Shown in pieces: positions 11,601 through 16,832 of a stretch of 16,832 nucleotides of DNA (its first letter is position 1; each line of letters begins with the position of its first letter). The stretch is taken from positions 1 to 16,832 of the forward strand of contig JBHGNT010000717.1 of NCBI GenBank assembly GCA_043228905.1, written 5' to 3'. A program made the translations under genes and the position numbers. This DNA comes from Azolla caroliniana (taxonomy: Eukaryota > Plantae > Polypodiophyta). A model generated the notes under the pieces. It made no database searches. It was not told where the DNA came from and worked only from the letters and a program-made list of their open reading frames with translations.

Positions 11601-14002
11601 TTTCCCATGGGTGATATTGGTCCGTACACTTCTTTTCCTGGTAGAAGTAGTTGCAGGGCAGCTTCAAAGGCAGCATAAGCACCTATAATCTTCCATGCCA
11701 CAGGAGAATAAGGTACAGGCCAAATGCTAATTAGTCCTTGAACACCATTCTGTCTCAAAAAAACCCACGTCTTTAGCAAAGATCCATCTTTGTGCACCAA
11801 AGTGTACCATCTGCAATCAACCAAACTATGTTGTTATTATCTATCCAGATGCATCGAGATGGTGAAAGTGGTGCCAAAATCAGCTGACATCAAATCCTTA
11901 AAGATGTCAATTTACCCAACTTTATGGACAATGAATATTATGCTCAATATAAATTGGAGTTACCTAGAGCATTATAGAATGGAGGCCCCATCATTTTAAG
12001 ATCCAAGATAAGATTGTGTAAAACTATCACATCTTAAAGTGTTGAGTTGCTCCAATGATCAAGCCATAAATAAGCTTGATCCCAAATCCAAGAAGTGCAC
12101 TTTCACACGATATGGTGAGAATGGGTATGGCTACCACACTTAGAATAATGAAATCAAGAAAATGATCCATAATAAAGATGTGGATGATTTCAATTCAAAG
12201 AGTGGATTTCAATTCAGGGAGTGATGTACGAGGGCAAACATAAAACAGATGCATCACTGAAAGCAAAGAGAGCCAATATTTGAAGACATATATGATCTCC
12301 TACTTCTGCTCCTTATATGAGAAGATCTCCAAAGGCTGATGTACCTTATGGGAAATACATTAACAATATATCCCTAGCCAGAGGGGAGCCTGAAAGTTGT
12401 GAGGAAGCATGTCAAATAATAGACATCAGCAAGTGAGAGCTTCCTATAAAAGACGAGATGAAGTTTCTCGTTTCCTATTATGCTTGGGAGCCATTCAGGA
12501 GACTGTTCCGTGCGTAGAGGAAAGAATGCATCAAATGTTTAATAGCAAGAATTGCTAAATTCTTTCTTTTGATAAACCGATCGTCTGGGTTAGTGTGAAT
12601 AAATCATTTTTCTACTCGACAGGGATAGATAAAGATTATATAGTTAGAACTGCTTAACAAACCCAACGAGCCGCTTTTGCTGCATTAAACACTACCATCA
12701 ACCGCTCTCCCACTTAAGTTGGGATAAAAGAACGATTATTGATGCACCAACCTTCCTCTTACCAGATAGGGTGATTCCATGTGCTTGACCAAGCCCATCC
12801 CAAAAGAAGATTTTGTTTACAGATGTAGATGAAGCAATGAAGAAGCATCTTGATAAGGTTATTCATGCTGACACAGATTTGCTCTTAAAAAGCACAGATC
12901 TACCTCTTCGAAACATTTTCTCTGTCGCTTGACAGGAATATATATGATATACTCTTTACACCTGAATGTTTGTAAGACGAAGAAGAGATTTATTGGGGTC
13001 CTCACACAGCCGCCATCATCTGTAGCATTGGATAGATCACTCGTTCACCATATCATTATAGTATTTTCAGGCTTGGAACACTGAGAAAAAGACCAGAGCA
13101 CCCAAAAAAGCGCTAACTCTCCCTGAAAAGGATCTTGACTATCTGAATATACAAGGATCGATTGGTATTGATACAATAGTTATTGCATCCCAAAACTGAG
13201 CAAGGGCTCTAGCTCAGTGGTAGAGCACCTTTCAACAGATAATTCTCTTCAGAAACTCCTCTTGACAACCAATGCCTACCCTACCATACATGAAACCATA
13301 TTATTGAGGTGGAATTGCCTTTTCCACAATTAGGCTATTCCACCCACCCTTATTACTTTTCTTCTTCATCTTACTGGTCAACGTTTACCAATCAAATCCT
13401 TAGCCAAACATATTTGACTTTAGCAACGCTCCCAGAACCCTCTCATGCACATCTAAAGAAAGGACTTTTTTTTTAAAAGTATGCGATAATGTACCTCCTC
13501 TGGACAAACCCACATTATTAAATAGGAACTCCCTTTTCCACAATTTGCCTATACCACCCGTCTTATATTTCCTCAAACAGAAAAGAAAAAATTAATATTC
13601 CTCAAAACTTTTGACATTTTCCTCAGGATACCCCACCCTCACCAAAAACGTTGCTCAAAAGGTAAGTTGAAAAGGGGCTGATTGTGTCGGAATGCCATCG
13701 AATCAAAGGAAGAATAAAAGATGCGGGATGCAGACACAGAATCAACACAGCATCCTTGTTTACTAATAATAAAATCGAGGTGCGAGATAAGGAGGGGGTC
13801 CACTAGGGTAGGGAGGGAGATTGGGATGGATAACTTACAGGATGACAACGAAGAGGGGGCAAGAGAGGAGGAGTCCCAGCATGGATCCATAGGCGAGGAG
13901 AGGAGAGTGGACCTCTGCGGAATGCTCCTTGGCGGCATTTTTAGTAGTCCTCGCAGTTGTCGAAGGTTTCCTAGCAGTAGTAGCAGCAGCAGCAGATCCC
14001 AT
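5681..14002 (-). CDS. DWF5: Sterol delta7-reductase / 7-dehydrocholesterol reductase (DWARF5, DHCR7 family); 13 exons, about 459 aa
   Basis: Exons (minus strand) 14002-13839, 11810-11585, 11501-11446, 11342-11240, 11137-11072, 10896-10783, 7929-7803, 7492-7392, 7245-7120, 6224-6160, 6087-6006, 5915-5833, 5747-5681. Total 1380 nt with consistent phases and a TAG stop. Recognisable DWF5 segments: VHSPLLAYGSML, GPISPMGNRPVYK, DFYWGMELYPRIGK, TNCRFGMM, FFWWEAGYWNTMDIAHDRAGFYICWGCLVWVP, INYDCDRQRQ, WGMSRHFHY, RDDYRCKTKYGKYW, KVPYKIIP. Confidence 0.96.
6702..7119. repeat. 209-bp tandem duplication (2 copies) in DWF5 intron 9
   Basis: 6702-6910 versus 6911-7119, each running atgatgctgagttttt...gtcctcacaaac. 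About 10 mismatches counted by eye, no indels noticed. Confidence 0.95.
8420..8570. repeat. Cluster of AACC/AAACCG-like short motifs, possibly a subterminal region of a DNA transposon or MITE remnant
   Basis: Repeated aaccaa, aaaccg, gaacc and ggttaagc motifs in both orientations (e.g. aaaccggttaagccaaactgaaccaaaccaaaccctgaacc). No TIR or TSD identified. Confidence 0.45.
8925..9136. repeat. Dispersed repeat copy B, DWF5 intron 6
   Basis: Homologous to 2948-3192. Contains internal inverted segments (agacaaaag / cttttgtct; agaatct / agattct) and ends in a small palindrome, aggccattttggcct. Confidence 0.8.
13204..13235 (+). other. tRNA-like 5' fragment (Pol III A-box), possible truncated SINE head, in DWF5 intron 1
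   Basis: GGGCTCTAGCTCAGTGGTAGAGCACCTTTCAA resembles a tRNA 5' acceptor strand plus D-arm (TAGCTCAGTGGTAGAGC). No B-box, T-arm or 3' acceptor strand follows. Confidence 0.55.
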
Positions 14003-15132
14003 GATTCCTCCTCAGAAAACGAAACTTCTTCGACCTAATCTCCTGCAGAAACAGAGAGAGGAACCCTCCTTCCATGACAGACAGGGGAATTTTTATTATA
14101 TACCCTCGAGTTTTGAATATTTCATTCAGTACCCTCAACATATTAAAATTTCCTCGCAGTCGTCTTCTGTATCTTCCTTCTTCCTTGGATCCGATGACAC
14201 TGTCGACCATCCGCCGCCCCTTCCCATCTCTTCTCACCTTTGATGGCGCTTTGTCAGTCATACTTTGCACCCAAAAAAAATTTTATATCCCAACGTAACG
14301 CCAACAGTTCTTTGACAAGAAGATGCTCATTTCTTTTCTCCTGTTAAGATACGTTCAAAAGGGCTTCGAAGATAAGTTTATGTATCAAAGGTTCCAAGCC
14401 TGGCCTTTTCATGTAACACCAAAGTGTTGCTGTCAAATATGATGCTTGTGGTAGCTCGTTGATTTCACAAAAATGGTAGCCAATACAACAAGTGTTGTTG
14501 CAAATAACCATTACACTCTTAATACTAGTATATCATCAAGCAATGTATACATGGGAGCAATATTATGGGAAGTGATACAAAATAAACCAATGGTATATGA
14601 ACAAGAGGATGTTGCAGGTGCTCTCTTGCTACAAGAGATGCTTTGATGAAAAAACACATTTATACATTTCAATCCAGAAATAGAAATTGATAAACATGAA
14701 ATATGGCAATTGGTTAGCAGTATCACAAATTGATATATTTTGAGGGTTCAATGTTTGAAGTCCTCCCAAATGTGATTGAAAGACTTACCCAAATAATTTC
14801 TACGATTTTGACAAAGATTGTGCATAATCTCAAAGGTTCTTTGGAATACATAAAAGGTAATTTGCAATTGGTAGAGCTCAAACAATTGGAATTTCATGCC
14901 ATCTGGTACGAAGGAATACTTTGTAGCCCAATTTCTGATCAGGTCGAGTGGTTCAACTCTACACCGAAGTATTTATTTAAAATTTTAAAGCTAACAATTA
15001 GAATTTCAAAAGGGGCTCACATTGCATGTCATGAGAATGGTATTCCAAAAAATTTGCCCATCAAATGACGATTTGTCAAATCAATTGCCCTTCAAAAAGT
15101 AAATACATTGAATATTCGTACTCAACAATATA

Positions 15133-15525
15133 TTATACCCTTCTATCCTCTGCATCTTTCCAATTTTCATATACGCAATCCCATTGTATTTTTTCAATGT
15201 GTGGCCCAGTCAATGAGACTCACATTAAATCATCTAAATGTTCTATATTCAATCGATTTCTTTTCATCTCTTTGATGAGATTTTGCTTAGAGAAGCCTCT
15301 CTCACACGAAACCGTGCTAGATGGAATAACCAAACTAGTGTGCTATAATTTCATCAAATGAGGGAAAGTATCTTGCCAATCCTTCATTTTGCAAAACTTA
15401 CGTCAAGCTTCATGCATAGTATAGCCTTCACAATTTAAACATAACGTGTCAACAAACCTATAGAGTTCCATTTCACAAGCCTTTGCATCATGTAAAATTT
15501 GAAGACATGCATTGACATCACTATA
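15133..15525 (-). mobile_element. Degenerate hAT-superfamily transposase C-terminus (dimerisation domain, ZNF862-like type)
   Basis: Minus-strand single-frame translation: ...EA*RKFCKMKDWQDTFPHLMKL*HTSLVIPSSTVSCERGFSKQNLIKEMKRNRLNIEHLDDLM*VSLTGPHIEKIQWDCVYENWKDAEDRRV*. The P-S-[ST]-x-x-C-E-R-x-F-S ... RNRL motif is typical of the hAT dimerisation domain. There are three internal stops. Confidence 0.85.
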
Positions 15526-15527
15526 AC

Positions 15528-15725
15528 TTGTGTGTGAGAGAGGGTGGGAAAGAAAGAAAGAACAAAGTACAACTTGATTAAAGCAAAGAGCTTGAGAAAT
15601 AAAGAAAGAAGTACAACTTGATCAAAGCAAGGGAGAGAGTGAGAGAGATCAAGAAAGAAGTAGAAGCAAGTGGAAAGAGAGAGAGGGAGAGAGAAATAAA
15701 CAAAAGAGGAATGGGCTGAAAATAG
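15528..15725. repeat. Purine-rich (GA/AAG) low-complexity tract with an internal direct repeat of about 21 bp
   Basis: agtacaacttgat(t/c)aaagcaa at about 15566 and 15610, embedded in gaaa/gaga runs; it abuts the 5' break of the hAT fragment. Confidence 0.7.
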
Positions 15726-16422
15726 AAGAAGCCTTAAGTTTCTTTTCACACTATGCATATGTCCGGGCACTTATTCTTGTTTATAATATCACATAACATA
15801 TGTTTACACATTTACCCTTCTCAAATAAAACTATATGCTATATATAGCCTATGAATTGTAATTTGTAACTACTAATACATGTACTATTATTTTGACCTTA
15901 GCAAAATTTGACGGTATTAACAAATTTTAAACCTTCATTTTTATGTTTTTTGTAAAATATATGTCTGTCAAGATTCACATTTTCATTTTCAAATTAACCT
16001 TCATATACGATTAAATTTGCCAAAAACGGTCAAAACGACCATCAAAAGGCAACACTGGGGCTCATTATTGAAAGGCACATCTTTTTTCTCTTTCTTTCTT
16101 TTTTCCCAAAAACAAAACTCCTTCCATGAAATTCCAAATCCTAATCGGGATGCGATAGTTCCATCTTATGTGGAGGCCCACTGAAAGGTTCATCTTTTAT
16201 GTATAGCCTTAGGGTGTTTCTTAATACTAATGTAATATCTTTTGGGAATTGGTAAATTCATAGTTTTTTTTGTATTTTCACAATTTATTTTTTGAGTTCA
16301 GAAATATGATTACAAATGATAGCCAGATTCCATCCCCCCCAAAAAAATGCGAAAATACGGAAAAAAACTGTGAATTTACCAATTTCCTATCTTTTTTGGG
16401 AAATAATAAATAAATACAATTG

Positions 16423-16647
16423 TTGCACAACATCCACCTTATATGTGAATTATATATATGACATCATTAACATATATGACTATAAAATCAGCTCTTGCAT
16501 GAGTTTTAGGCCATCTAATCCTTCGTCTTTTGCAACAAGTCTTGCACAACATCCACTTTATATGACAATTATATGACATCCTTAGCATATATTAGTATAG
16601 AATCAGCTATTGCATGAGTTTTAGGCCATCTAATCCCTCTTCTTTTG
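16423..16647. repeat. Diverged tandem duplication (about 119-bp period, 2 copies)
   Basis: ttgcacaacatccac at 16423 and 16542; both copies end in ttgcatgagttttaggccatctaatcc..tcttttg. Confidence 0.9.
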
Positions 16648-16832
16648 AACCAATGGTTATTGTTTCTTTAGTTTATCAATGCATAGACCAAAGAATGTAA
16701 GAGAGCGTGGACGCCCTTCCTTGACCCATTCTTGCTCATAAGTACTTTGAGAAACCACTATCCATTTACAATTTGCAATCTAACTCGCCCATACCTTTGT
16801 ATAACAACACCACCACATGTTGATAGCATTGC

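Noticed and set aside
13204-13280. Functional tRNA gene
   Set aside because: No T-arm/B-box (GTTCRA) and no 3' acceptor strand.
1080-14002. Functional cluster linking the pseudouridine synthase and DWF5
   Set aside because: The pathways are unrelated (RNA modification versus sterol synthesis); convergent adjacency alone is no evidence of a system.
13639-14298. Stack of overlapping ORFs on both strands (13639-13938, 13721-14038, 13929-14243, 14074-14298)
   Set aside because: These are alternative or antisense frames of GC-richer DWF5 exon 1 and its leader; they show no recognisable domains.

Overview
AT-rich land-plant nuclear genomic DNA containing two complete, intron-containing genes arranged tail-to-tail. 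On the + strand is a 7-exon RluD/RluA-family RNA pseudouridine synthase (about 427 aa) with an S4-like domain and a Ser-rich putative organellar transit peptide, at 1080-3972. On the - strand is a 13-exon sterol delta7-reductase / 7-dehydrocholesterol reductase (DWF5/DHCR7, about 459 aa) at 5681-14002. I reconstructed all exon boundaries by hand and their phases are consistent; one DWF5 intron needs a GC donor. The non-coding DNA holds a decayed second copy of the DWF5 exon 1/intron 1 region between the two genes, a dead hAT transposase C-terminus upstream of DWF5, a dispersed repeat shared by introns of both genes, several local tandem duplications (one ending exactly at a splice donor) and a tRNA-like fragment. 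Most ORFs in the supplied track are spurious or are partial exons. I found no evidence of a new multi-gene biological system; the interesting signals concern duplication history and splicing.
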